From the NCBI GenBank assembly GCA_963772725.1, contig CAVYYI010000003.1, forward strand, positions 480,001 through 544,000: 64,000 bases of DNA, read 5' to 3'. The notes under the pieces were generated by a model. The model searched no databases. It saw only the letters and a program-made list of their open reading frames with translations, and had not been told where the DNA came from. The position numbers and the translations under genes are program-made. The stretch is from an uncultured Phycisphaerales bacterium. Its GTDB lineage: Bacteria; Planctomycetota; Phycisphaerae; Sedimentisphaerales; Anaerobacaceae. Below, one piece after another: positions 40,761-51,495 of the stretch (its first letter is position 1; each line of letters opens with the position of its first letter).

Positions 40761-42362
40761 ATGTTTATTCGCAGGGAATTAGTGTTTGGGGTAGTGTTAT
40801 GTATTTTTCTGCTGCACGCTGGATGCAATAGAGAGCAAAAGAAAGACGCAGGTGTAAATACTTCTGCGGATAATAGCGGTATAACCATCAGTTCATCTCC
40901 TATTTTAGGTGCTAAAAAAGCCTCTGTAACGATTGTTGGGTTTCTTGATTTGCAGTGTCCATACTGTACGCGGGAACTGCCAAAGATAAAACAGATTCAG
41001 GAGGAGTACCCAAATAAGGTTAAATTTGTATATAAGCATTTTCCTTTAAGCTTTCATAAGAAATCAAGGCCTGCACATGCTGCGCTGGAATTGGCAAAAT
41101 TACAAGGTGGGGATAAGGCGTTTTGGAAGATGCTGGATATGATAGAGCAGGAGCCGAAAAAACTGGAAAGAGCTGATTTAAGAGGTTATGCCGAAAAACT
41201 GAATTTGGATATGGTTAAATTCGATGAGGTTATGGCTGACGCTAACGAGATTAATAAACTGCTTGAAAAAGATATTGCGCAGGGTAAACAACTTGGCGTT
41301 AATGGTACGCCCACAGTATTTATAAATGGCGAAAAGATGGCTGGCCGTGAGGTAAGCGATTACAAGGCTCGAATCGATGACATTTTAAGTAATGGAAAGA
41401 AACTGGCGAAGGCCAAAAATAATGGCGCAATATTAACCTTTGAAAAAACGGTGTGCGATTTAGGTGAAATCAGTGTCAGAGAAAGAAAAGATTGCGAATT
41501 AAAGTTTAAAAATACAGGCAAAGGATTATTAACTATCGGTGAAATAAAATCGACCTGCGGCTGTACTGTACCGACTTTAGCAAAGAAAGAATATAAACCC
41601 GGTGAAGATGGTGTTATCAAAATCACTTACAGCGGGCAAAGCAGCTCCGGTGCGGTAGCAAAACACATATATGTATCAAGCAATGATGGTGCCAATCCCA
41701 AAATTGCTCTTATACTAAAGGTTGCCGTTACCGAGCAAATTATAGTTACGCCTGCAAAATTGAATCTCAATCTCAATCTCGATAAAGATAATGGGGGCAT
41801 GCCGGAAATCAGTATAAAGAGTAAAGATGGTGCGGTTTTTAGTATAAAGAGCTTTACTGTTAATAATGATGTTATTAAGGCGGATTGCGATAGTAATGCT
41901 GCGGCGGAATTTATTATTAAGCCCAAAGCAGATTTAGCAAAACTTAAAAATAATACGGCAGGTATAATAAGGGTGATTATCAACCACCCCAAATGCGATT
42001 CGGTAACGATTCCTTATGAGGTTTTGACAAGATTTTCCGTCCAGCCGGGCAGATTGGTATTTTTAATCGCCGAGCCGAACACACCGGAGAAAAGAGACAT
42101 TGTTGTTAAGAATAATTACGGCGAGAATTTCGAGATAGCCTCTTTTTCCTCGCAGAATGGCTATATAAAGCTTATTTCGGAGAGTAAGAGCCAAAACAGT
42201 GTACGATTAACGGTAGAAGTAACTCCGCCGATGAGTACGGAAAATCACTTTACCGATTCGATTGATATTAATCTGAAAGACGGCGAGCATCTGACAATTC
42301 CCTGCAGCGGCTTTTATAAAAGCGTAATAGATTCAAAATCCAAACCCGTTGCTCAGAGTTAA
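40761..42362 (+). CDS. DsbA-like thioredoxin-fold lipoprotein fused to DUF1573/Ig-like domains
   Basis: Signal ending AGC; DLQCPYC, YKHFPL and GVNGTPT. Then FKNTGKGLLTI...STCGCT...PGEDGVI (DUF1573-like) and further beta domains. Confidence 0.88.
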   Translation: MFIRRELVFGVVLCIFLLHAGCNREQKKDAGVNTSADNSGITISSSPILGAKKASVTIVGFLDLQCPYCTRELPKIKQIQEEYPNKVKFVYKHFPLSFHKKSRPAHAALELAKLQGGDKAFWKMLDMIEQEPKKLERADLRGYAEKLNLDMVKFDEVMADANEINKLLEKDIAQGKQLGVNGTPTVFINGEKMAGREVSDYKARIDDILSNGKKLAKAKNNGAILTFEKTVCDLGEISVRERKDCELKFKNTGKGLLTIGEIKSTCGCTVPTLAKKEYKPGEDGVIKITYSGQSSSGAVAKHIYVSSNDGANPKIALILKVAVTEQIIVTPAKLNLNLNLDKDNGGMPEISIKSKDGAVFSIKSFTVNNDVIKADCDSNAAAEFIIKPKADLAKLKNNTAGIIRVIINHPKCDSVTIPYEVLTRFSVQPGRLVFLIAEPNTPEKRDIVVKNNYGENFEIASFSSQNGYIKLISESKSQNSVRLTVEVTPPMSTENHFTDSIDINLKDGEHLTIPCSGFYKSVIDSKSKPVAQS

Positions 42363-42553
42363 ACCAGTGGATAAACCTGTTTTCGCTATTAAAAACGCCT
42401 TTTTTAAAGCGAAAAGTCTGATATGTTGAATTTAATATGTCATATATGAAGCTTCATTTTTCGCATATAAAGCGTTAAATGCCGTTTTTCTTTAATAAGA
42501 ATCATAAATGAAGCATCAAAAACCAAATTTGAAGCTTCGTTTTTTATTTTTCT

Positions 42554-42728
42554 TTATTAAAAATCGTTCCAACTTAGTAAAAATCGTTTTTGAAATATCG
42601 AACGCCGTTTAAACTAAGCAAAAATCATTTTAACTTATTAAAAATCGTTCCTGCTTAGTAAAAATGGTTTTTGAAGTATCGAACGTCGTTTAGGCTTAGT
42701 AAAAATCATTTTCCCTTGGTAAAAATCG
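42554..42728. repeat. 81-bp direct repeat x2 (plus partial third) built from ~20-bp subunits
   Basis: Units 42554-42634 and 42635-42715; recurring core TTA(G/T)TAAAAATC(G/A)TT. Confidence 0.85.
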
Positions 42729-42993
42729 AATTTCAAGCTTCAAATATCGTCCCGATTTAGGAAAAATAGCATTTGAAACTTGATATGTCGTTTGTCCGGT
42801 ATGAAATACGATAAATACTTTTGGGCAGTACAAGAATTTTTTGAAAAAAGCTTACTTATGGTAAAAGCTCTATGGTCGATTAAAAAATTCTTGCAAATCC
42901 GCTTATTTGCATTATAATACCTCATTTCCGTAAGTTAAATTTATCTGAAATTACCGTTGTGTGAAAATAAAATACTCTCAAAGGGAGATACCT

Positions 42994-44326
42994 ATGGAAC
43001 AGATTGTAGAGACTGGAATCAGCTTGTTTGCGGATACTTTGCCGTCTATGGCGGATATAAAAAAGCTGATGGACATTGTTAATTCAAGCGAAAGCCGCCG
43101 GATAGCCTTTGCCGAACAACTGAAAACTGTTATTGGCGAAACTTCTTCGAAAGCGGTTCTGGCGGCGGGCATAGGCCTGCATATTCTCGGCAGAAATACC
43201 GAGGCCGTTGAAAAACTTAAAAAGGCCAAAGATTGCCAAGAAAAATATATATACTCCGCCTTTGCCCTTCGTCAAATCAGGCAGTTTGACGATGCGATAA
43301 AAAGCCTCACTAAAAGCCTCGAATACGATGCGGACAAGGCTTTTGTCAGGCTCGAAAAGGCCGCTACATATCGTCACGCCTTGAAGTTTGAAGAGGCTGC
43401 CAAGGAGCTTAAGGCATGCGCTAATCTTGAAAACACCAGTGCCGAATATCATTATCAGCTTGCCCGGCTCGCAGAGGCGATCGGCCAATATCAAAACGCC
43501 GTCGAAAATTACAAAAAGGCGATTGAATTAGTCCCCGGTCATCAAAGGGCGTTATTCCATCTTGCGTACCGTTGTGATTTGTCCGGTGATGAAGGGGCGG
43601 CGATAGATTACTATAAACATGTTATTGCCGGTACTCCGGTATATATAAATGCCCTGATGAACCTCGCTGTAATCTATGAAGATGCCGCCAAGTACGACAA
43701 GGCAGCGCGATGCATCGAAAATATTCTTAAATATCACCCCAATCATCAGCGGGCTATTATGTTCCTGAAAGACGCCGAAAGCTCCAAAACGATGTTCTAC
43801 GATGAGGACAAGGAAAAGAAGAAAACGTATAAAAACCGCCTGCTCGAGACACCGATATCGGATTTTGAATTATCCGTCAGGAGCAGAAACTGTCTGAAAA
43901 AGATGAACATAGAAACCATCGGGGACCTTCTCAGTACCAGTGAAGCTCAGCTTCTCGCGTATAAAAATTTCGGCGAAACTTCCCTGCGTGAAATAAAGGT
44001 TATTCTTGATTCCAAAGGTTTGCGGCTCGGAATGGCACTTGAGGAAGAACAAGGCGTTTTAGACTCAGGAGCGCAATTCAGCCGAACCCGGGACTAACGC
44101 ACCTGAAGAAGAAAATGAGGAATTACTGAGCAAATCAGTCGATGACCTGCAATTATCTGTACGCGCAAAGAAATGTGTCGAAAAATTGAATTTGCGAACC
44201 ATCGGAGAGCTGGTTCAAAAAACAGAAAACGAATTACTTGGAATTAAAAATTTCGGAGTAACAAGTTTGAATGAGATAAAAAAAGAACTTGCGAGTCTTG
44301 GGTTGTCTTTGAGGCAAATCGACTGA
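42994..44326 (+). CDS. TPR protein with two RNA polymerase alpha-CTD-like domains (frame change near 44085)
   Basis: TPR helices, then FELSVRSRNCLKKMNI...KNFGETSLREIK. Second copy LQLSVRAKKCVEKLNL...KNFGVTSLNEIK is in the next frame to TGA 44326. Confidence 0.88.
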
Positions 44327-44409
44327 TAAAGATAGAATACAGAATACAACAGATAGTAAGCAGGATTAATCCGAAAGCTCCGCCGTTCATCGGCAGAGTT
44401 GATTGACGT

Positions 44410-45669
44410 ATGAAATCCCCCGGATTATTATTTAAAGTTATTTTGCTCCTGTGCCTGATAATAGCCAACAGCTGCAGAAAAAAAATTCCTGTCCAGCCTA
44501 CTCCACAGTCCAATATTCCGTCTCAGTTCCAGATGAGGGTTTTACTGCTAAACGACATTCGTTCCTGCACTTTAAAAATCGACCCTCCTTTCAACATATA
44601 TGATAGCCTCACCAGCGTTTCTCAGAGCTATCCTTTGAGCAGAGAGCAGCTTTCTGTGCCGATGAACATAAATATTTCCGCCGGCAAAATTACCATCGCT
44701 GGTCAATCCTTCCAAGGTAACGACCTGGTGATTGCGCCCGATGACTCATCGTTTTTCAATCTTAACGGCGACAAGTATCGCGGCAAACTCAGACTGCTTT
44801 TAAATAGTGACCCCAATTCTTTTGACGCTATAAACATTGTCCCGCTCGAACCTTATCTGGCCGGCGTAATAGGTGTTGAAATGCACAGTTACTGGGAGCC
44901 TGCCGCCCTCGAAGCGCAGACAATCGCCGCCAGAACATATTGCCTTTATATAAAAAAACGCTTCGGTGAAAAACGCTCCTGGGACATAAAAAAAACACAG
45001 GCGCATCAGGCGTATAACGGCATCAAGGCCGAATCCGCATCTGTCTGGCAGGCCATCGATAACACATGGGGCCAGGTATTATTCTGCGACCAGAAAGACG
45101 GCTCAAAAGATATTTTCCCTGCCTATTATGGTTCTGTATGCGGCGGACACACCGAAAACAGCAAAAACGTCTTCGGCGGAGAGACCTTCGCACCTCTTGC
45201 CGGTGTGCCGTGTACTTATTGTCTTGAAACCGCCAAGCCAGGCATTTTTTCCTGGTCTGATGTCGAATTTTCAAAAGCGGATATCAAAACCAAGCTGCTG
45301 CAAAGTTATCAAAGCCTTAGCCAAATCGGTGATATCAACGAAATTGTCCCGCTGCGTCAAAGTGATTATAATGACTTCTCACGGCTTACGATGATTAAGC
45401 TTGTCGGCACAGACGGTAACAGCATTAATTTAAGGGCCGAAGATTTTCGTCTGGCAATTGACTCAAGCGGCTCTATAATCAAAAGCGCCGCCTGTAAAAT
45501 TGCTGACCATGGCGATAAATGGGCGTTTTGGGACGGCAGAGGTTATGGGCACGCCGTTGGATTATGCCAATACGGCGCAGAGGCATTGGCGAGAAAAGGT
45601 ATGAATGCTCAGCAGATTCTTAGGTATTATTATCCTGATTCGTGGATTGAAAATATTTATTCAAAATGA
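44410..45669 (+). CDS. SpoIID/LytB domain protein
   Basis: YRG...NIVPLEPYLAGVIGVEM, ALEAQTIAARTY, GRGYGHAVGLCQYGA and ILRYYYP. Confidence 0.92.
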   Translation: MKSPGLLFKVILLLCLIIANSCRKKIPVQPTPQSNIPSQFQMRVLLLNDIRSCTLKIDPPFNIYDSLTSVSQSYPLSREQLSVPMNINISAGKITIAGQSFQGNDLVIAPDDSSFFNLNGDKYRGKLRLLLNSDPNSFDAINIVPLEPYLAGVIGVEMHSYWEPAALEAQTIAARTYCLYIKKRFGEKRSWDIKKTQAHQAYNGIKAESASVWQAIDNTWGQVLFCDQKDGSKDIFPAYYGSVCGGHTENSKNVFGGETFAPLAGVPCTYCLETAKPGIFSWSDVEFSKADIKTKLLQSYQSLSQIGDINEIVPLRQSDYNDFSRLTMIKLVGTDGNSINLRAEDFRLAIDSSGSIIKSAACKIADHGDKWAFWDGRGYGHAVGLCQYGAEALARKGMNAQQILRYYYPDSWIENIYSK

Positions 45670-46781
45670 CAGACTTTAAAATACTTCATCGCGATTCCGC
45701 CTCACAGGCAAGATGCGGCCTGCTGACCACCGCCCACGGCTGTGTGGAGACGCCGGTCTTTATGCCGGTAGGTACCGCAGGCGCGGTAAAGGGTATCACA
45801 CCGCAGCATCTCGAACAGGCCGGCGCAAGTATCATCCTGGCAAATACGTATCATCTTTTTTTGCGGCCGGGCGTTGATGTTGTCAAAAAACTCGGCGGCC
45901 TCCATAAACTTATGGCCTGGAACAAACCTATTCTTACTGACAGCGGTGGTTACCAGGTCTTTTCGCTCAATCAGCTAACCAGAATTGATGACAACGGTGT
46001 CGAATTTGCCAGCCACATTGACGGTGCAAAAATTTATCTTACTCCCGCAATCGCCACGCGGGCACAAAACGACCTTGACGCAGATATTATAATGTGTTTC
46101 GATGAGTGCGCTCCATTTCCCTCTGAAGAATCTGCACTGGAAAAAGTCGTGGAAAGAACCATCCGCTGGGCATCGCAATGTAAAAACGCTCACGGCAATC
46201 CTTTGCAAATGCTCTTTGGAATCGTTCAGGGCGGGATATATCTGCCGCTGCGGCAGAGATGCGCGGAAGAACTTGTCAAAATGGACTTCGACGGTTATTC
46301 CATCGGCGGCTTAAGCGTCGGTGAAGGTCACGAAAATCTGGTTAACACCGTCGCCTATACGACTGGGCTTTTGCCTCAAAACAAACCCCGCTATCTGATG
46401 GGTGCCGGTTTTCCCAATGATATTATCGCCGCTGTAATGAACGGCGTCGATATGTTCGACTGCGTCCTGCCGACCCGCAATGGCAGAAACGCCTTTGCCT
46501 TTACTGAAAACGGCCCATTACGGCTAAGAAACAGCGTGCACACCGACGATACCAGCCCGATTGAGGGAAACTGCGACTGCTATTGCTGCCAAAACTTCCA
46601 CAGAGGCACTCTCAGGCACTTTTTCAACGTCGGCGAGATGCTTGGCCCAATTCTCGTATCTATCCATAACATAAGGTTTTACCAAAGATTAATGGTTCAA
46701 ATCAGGAAAAATATCGCCGAGGGACATTTTGCCGCCTGGGCTCAAAAAAAGCTGAAACAGTACGAAATTTTTAATTCATAA
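45666..46781 (+). CDS. tgt: Queuine tRNA-ribosyltransferase
   Basis: TPVFMPVGT, NTYHL, TDSGGYQVFS, IGGLSVGE and DMFDCVLPTRNGR. Confidence 0.97.
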   Translation: MTDFKILHRDSASQARCGLLTTAHGCVETPVFMPVGTAGAVKGITPQHLEQAGASIILANTYHLFLRPGVDVVKKLGGLHKLMAWNKPILTDSGGYQVFSLNQLTRIDDNGVEFASHIDGAKIYLTPAIATRAQNDLDADIIMCFDECAPFPSEESALEKVVERTIRWASQCKNAHGNPLQMLFGIVQGGIYLPLRQRCAEELVKMDFDGYSIGGLSVGEGHENLVNTVAYTTGLLPQNKPRYLMGAGFPNDIIAAVMNGVDMFDCVLPTRNGRNAFAFTENGPLRLRNSVHTDDTSPIEGNCDCYCCQNFHRGTLRHFFNVGEMLGPILVSIHNIRFYQRLMVQIRKNIAEGHFAAWAQKKLKQYEIFNS

Positions 46782-46892
46782 AAAGTTGTCGGATTCAGGC
46801 AATTTTGCTGTAATTTACAATTAATTCAGGTTATACTATGCGTTTTTACAATTTTGGGCAAAAAGTTAGTCCGATGATGAAAGGATATTAAA

Positions 46893-47313
46893 ATGAATAA
46901 TTTATGGATTTTAGCAGAAGTCGCCGGCGGGCAAAAGCCTGAGGCACTCACTTCAGAACCGGTTACATCAGCACAAACAACAACCAAAACCGCAGCTGAC
47001 GGAAATACTGCTGGGCAAAAGACACAGCCTCCAAGTACGTTTGGCCTTCAACAGATGCTTCTTCTTGGATTGATGGTAGTTATTTTCTATTTTCTGCTTT
47101 TCAGAGGGCCAAAGAAGAAACAGCAGGAACAAATTAAAATGGTAAAATCTCTGCAGAAAAAATGACAAGGTACAGACGATAGGCGGGATTCTCGGGACCG
47201 TTGTTGATGTCAGTGATGATGTGGTGACGTTAAAAATCGATGAAGCTAACAACACGAAAATTAAAGTAACTGTTGCGGCTATCGGGAGAAATCTTTCAAG
47301 GGATCAAAAATAA
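46893..47313 (+). CDS. yajC: Preprotein translocase subunit YajC (frame change in A-run 47156-47162)
   Basis: FYFLLFRGPKKKQ then NDKVQTIGGILGTVVDV. Sits between tgt and secDF. Confidence 0.92.
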
Positions 47314-47363
47314 AAATTAACGGAAAATGACTGAAATTTAAAAATTTTTAACAGGAATGAATT

Positions 47364-50300
47364 ATGGATAGAAATCTGACGTGGAAATTTGTTTTGATTG
47401 GTGCTTTGGTAATTCTGTCGATTTGGTTCGTGTATCCGCCTGATAAAACATTAAAACCTGGAATAGACCTCGCCGGCGGCACAAGCCTTATCTATGAAAT
47501 AGATACGACAGGGATGAGTAACGCCGAAAAAATAGGGCTTTCCGAGAGAATGATAACCATTCTGCGAAGACGAATCGACCCGGGCAACATTCAGAACCTT
47601 ATCTGGAGACCACAGGGCAGTTCACGTTTTGAAATTCAGATGCCGCTGCCCAGCGCCAAGGCTATCGCGGGACGCAAAAACTATGAAAAAGCTTTGGATG
47701 GACTTATAAGCGAAAATATTAATCCCGCCGTGGTGATGCGCTCATTGCCCAGGCCCGCGGCACAGCGTGCTGCCGAATTCGAAAAAATCGCCCGCGGCAT
47801 TCCTGAGAGACTTAAAATCCTTAACGACCTGGCTGCCGCTTACGATGAGCGGGAAAAGCTTAAGAATGAAGAAAATAAAATCACCGCCGAACTGCAGACA
47901 ATGGAAGGTGGAATGAAAACCGCAGGTCTCAATGTTGAGCAGGTGAAATTAAGCGTCGGCAAATGGGTCGGCCTTGATGAAAAGAAACTTGCAGAGGCCA
48001 TAAAAGAACTGCTCGGCTCAGACAAGAATCTTGACATCGTAACAAAGTACGCAAAAAAATATTCTGAAAAGGCCAAAGTTGACGAACAGTTAATGCAGCC
48101 CGAAACAGGCAAAGAAGACACTTACAAAAACGCCAGAAAAGCTCTCGATAAGTTAAACCTTACCACCGAACAGATAGACTCTGTTCTTGAGATGTCCGGA
48201 AAATCGTATCAGAGAGCCGCCGCCGTAGAAAAACTCGAGAGCGAATTTGCCGACAGAAAAGACAAGATTGCCGAAGTTGTAAAGGCTTATGACGGTTATT
48301 ACCCGTACCGCGGCGGACTCGACGACCCCAAAGACCTCCAGAGAATGTTAAAAGGCACAGGCGTCCTCGAGTTCAGAATACTGCCCACCACAAACCGCAC
48401 AGAATTATCCGCCGATGAAATTCGGGGTTATATGGAGGCCCTGAAAGATAAGGGACCCAAAGCCGCCTCGGACAAAAACTATATCTGGTGCGAAATTGAG
48501 AATCCACCGGAGTGGAAAAAGGCTTACGAGATAGTAGCTCCTTTTGGAAACAAGTATTATGTACTGGCCAGCAACAGGGTCGATGCCGATGAATGTATGC
48601 TTCACATCGCGGACCAGGAGTGGAAACTGGTCAGCTCATATCCAGGTCAGGACCAGATGGGAAGAAGAGCAATTGATTTTACTCTCGATGACCGCGGCGG
48701 AAAGATTTTCTCGCAGATTACGGGCAAAAATATCGGCAGACCGCTTTGCATCCTCCTCGATGGTATCGCGATATCCGCTCCGAACATCAACGACAGAATA
48801 AGCACGCGGGGAATAATTACCGGCGTATTCAGCGCGACAGAGGTTATCGATATGGTCAACAAGCTCAACGCCGGTTCTCTGCCTGCCAAACTTATCCAGC
48901 AGCCTATCTCTGTAAAAACAATCGGACCTTCAATAGGTGCCGAGAACCGCGACAAGGGTATTAAGTCAGGCTTGATTGGGCTGATAATAGTTATAGCGTT
49001 TATGATGGTTTATTATACCGTCGGCGGCGCAATAGCGAACGTTGCCTTGCTTATGAACGTTCTGTTTATTTTGGCCCTGATGGCGATGCTTAAGGCCACT
49101 TACACATTGTCCGGTATCGCAGGTACAATATTAACCATCGGTATGAGCATCGACGCTAACGTACTTATTTTTGAAAGAATCAGAGAAGAACAGGCCAGGG
49201 GTTGTTCACTGAGAATGGCAATTAAAAACGGTTATGAAAAGGCGTTCTCCGCTATTTTCGACTCCAACCTGACAACTATCATCACAGCGGCAATTCTTTA
49301 CTATGTGGCTTCCGAGGAAATAAAAGGATTTGCGATTGTTCTTATGCTCGGTCTTGCTTCGAGTATGTTCACTGCGCTGTTCGTAACCAGGGCAATCTTT
49401 GATTTTCTTATGAATAAAAAAATTCTTAAAAACCATCTTGCTATGATGCATCTTATTCGCGTTCCCAATATAAACTGGATGGGTTTAAGACCTCTTTTCT
49501 TTACTCTCTCGGCAATCCTTACTATCGGAGGTGTGGTAGTCTTTTTCACGAGAGACGACGCCAAAAATAACAAATACGACATTGAGTTCACCGGCGGCAC
49601 CAGCGCACAGATTAATCTCAAGGAAAATGTCTCTATGACACGCGATGAGGTGGAAAAGAAAATCCGCGACATCGGCAAAAAATGGCATGACCCAGGTCTG
49701 GAAAGTACCGTGGTTCAGGCTATCGAAACCTCGGGTAAACAATACGAAATTATCACCTCAGAATCGAATAGAACTAAAGCTAATATCACGCTTCAGGCTT
49801 CCGAAAAGACCTCTGTTGAAGCGGTACTCGCGGCAATTGAAAAAGCTCAATCTGATTCCGAAACTAAACTCGCAAAGCTAACTGTAACTCAGGACAGCAA
49901 CCTGCCAAACGCTTTTGTCATAACGACAACACAGTTAAACAAGTCTATAATAACAAAAATTTTAACTGCCGCTTTCCCAAAAGCGACAATTTCAGAACCT
50001 CAGCCGGATAATATTGTCGATAACGCGATAATGGCCGCTTTCGGTGATGATTTGGCTATCCAGCAGAACCTCAATCCAAAGATTATCTCAACGGCGAAAA
50101 TAGATGAAAAGGTTGTGGATGCTTATCCTGAGCTTGTAGATTTTCTGGGCGGTATCGAAATCAAATGCGAAATCGAAAAAACCGCCACCGCTGAAGAAAT
50201 TGACCAGAGGCTAAAAAATTTACATTATAAACCGGAAGCTCAAAACCTCAGCTGGTACACTTATAAGATACTCGGTACGGATTTGAACCCCCTGGAAGCG

Positions 50301-51032
50301 AAACCCGTAAAGTCTTTTGTTTATGTCAGCACCGCGCCGGAAGCGGGACTCCGTCAGCTAAGCGAGGAAGAATGGACACAGTTTGTTAATAACGAAACCA
50401 GTAAGGTTTTGGCGGCGGCACAAATCGAAACATCGCTGCCAAGAGTAACGCAGATTGACCCCTCCGTCGGTTCGGAGTCAAAGACGAGGGCGTTAATCGC
50501 CATTATTCTCTCTTTGTTCGCGATGCTGGTTTACATCTGGCTTCGTTTCGGTGACAAACGGTATGGATTCGGCGCCGTTATAACGCTCTTCCACGACACC
50601 TGCGTTACGGTCGGCGTTGTTACAGCCTGTACTTACATCGCACCCACCGTTATCGGCCAAAAACTCCTTATCGGTGATTTCAAAATCGATATGGCAATGA
50701 TAGCCGCTTTCCTGACACTGCTGGGCTATTCAATCAATGATACAATCGTTATTTATGACCGTATCCGCGAAAATCAGCGTAAGGGAATTTTAACAGCCAA
50801 ACTAATCAATGACAGTATCAACCAGACTCTTTCGAGAACACTTTTGACAGGTCTTACCGTTTTCTTCGTAGTGTTGATAATGTATATTTTCGGCGGCACA
50901 GGCTTAAGAGGCTTCAACTTCGCGATGACCTTTGGCGTTATCTTAGGCACTTACTCTTCAATCGCGATATCCGCGCCGGTATTGCTGATTGGCGGTAAAG
51001 CCAAAGACCAAAACGGCAAAAATACGAATTAA
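47364..51032 (+). CDS. secDF: Fused SecD/SecF translocase subunit with large insertions
   Basis: GIDLAGG, LNAGSLP, TIGMSIDANVLIFERIREE, IEFTGG, GYSINDTIVIYDRIRE and SINQTLSRT. Confidence 0.95.
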   Translation: MDRNLTWKFVLIGALVILSIWFVYPPDKTLKPGIDLAGGTSLIYEIDTTGMSNAEKIGLSERMITILRRRIDPGNIQNLIWRPQGSSRFEIQMPLPSAKAIAGRKNYEKALDGLISENINPAVVMRSLPRPAAQRAAEFEKIARGIPERLKILNDLAAAYDEREKLKNEENKITAELQTMEGGMKTAGLNVEQVKLSVGKWVGLDEKKLAEAIKELLGSDKNLDIVTKYAKKYSEKAKVDEQLMQPETGKEDTYKNARKALDKLNLTTEQIDSVLEMSGKSYQRAAAVEKLESEFADRKDKIAEVVKAYDGYYPYRGGLDDPKDLQRMLKGTGVLEFRILPTTNRTELSADEIRGYMEALKDKGPKAASDKNYIWCEIENPPEWKKAYEIVAPFGNKYYVLASNRVDADECMLHIADQEWKLVSSYPGQDQMGRRAIDFTLDDRGGKIFSQITGKNIGRPLCILLDGIAISAPNINDRISTRGIITGVFSATEVIDMVNKLNAGSLPAKLIQQPISVKTIGPSIGAENRDKGIKSGLIGLIIVIAFMMVYYTVGGAIANVALLMNVLFILALMAMLKATYTLSGIAGTILTIGMSIDANVLIFERIREEQARGCSLRMAIKNGYEKAFSAIFDSNLTTIITAAILYYVASEEIKGFAIVLMLGLASSMFTALFVTRAIFDFLMNKKILKNHLAMMHLIRVPNINWMGLRPLFFTLSAILTIGGVVVFFTRDDAKNNKYDIEFTGGTSAQINLKENVSMTRDEVEKKIRDIGKKWHDPGLESTVVQAIETSGKQYEIITSESNRTKANITLQASEKTSVEAVLAAIEKAQSDSETKLAKLTVTQDSNLPNAFVITTTQLNKSIITKILTAAFPKATISEPQPDNIVDNAIMAAFGDDLAIQQNLNPKIISTAKIDEKVVDAYPELVDFLGGIEIKCEIEKTATAEEIDQRLKNLHYKPEAQNLSWYTYKILGTDLNPLEAKPVKSFVYVSTAPEAGLRQLSEEEWTQFVNNETSKVLAAAQIETSLPRVTQIDPSVGSESKTRALIAIILSLFAMLVYIWLRFGDKRYGFGAVITLFHDTCVTVGVVTACTYIAPTVIGQKLLIGDFKIDMAMIAAFLTLLGYSINDTIVIYDRIRENQRKGILTAKLINDSINQTLSRTLLTGLTVFFVVLIMYIFGGTGLRGFNFAMTFGVILGTYSSIAISAPVLLIGGKAKDQNGKNTN

Positions 51033-51085
51033 ATCTTTAAGCAACTTATTGTAGAATTATAAATATATAGCTGCGGGCACTAAAA

Positions 51086-51495
51086 ATGCCGAAAAACTTT
51101 AAGATAGGGATTATTTCAGGCCTGCTGCTCGTGGCATGTGCTGTTATCTGGCTTTCCACGCGCAAAGACCTGAGCGTTGAATCGCGGATGCTTAATGCCC
51201 GCCACGCTGCTTCGAGCAGCGAACCTGCTTTGCCGCTGCCGGCCGCTGTACCTCCTGCTATGAATAAGACTCAAACCGCACGACAGAACACTCCTGTCAG
51301 TAAAATCGCTGAAGCACCCAAAAAGCCGCCGGACAAAGAATTCATACTGTTGCTCAGGGCGAAACGCTCTCGGATATTTCCAAACTCTATTACGGTTCGC
51401 CGGCCAAATGGCGGAAAATTCTTGACGCTAACCGCGACTTGATTAAAGATGAGAATAAGTTAAAAACCGGAATCCGATTAGTCATCCCGGAATAA
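51086..51495 (+). CDS. Membrane-anchored LysM protein (frame change near 51335)
   Basis: N-terminal TM. The continuation frame reads IHTVAQGETLSDISKLYYGSPAKWRKILDANR...LKTGIRLVIPE. Confidence 0.85.

Noticed and set aside
42554..42728. CRISPR array
   Set aside because: Degenerate contiguous repeats with no unique spacers, and no cas genes in the window.
42994..44326. Genuine rpoA
   Set aside because: Lacks the alpha N-terminal domain and the ribosomal operon context.
46893..47313. Programmed frameshift or phase variation in yajC
   Set aside because: A homopolymer error is simpler given the window-wide indel rate.
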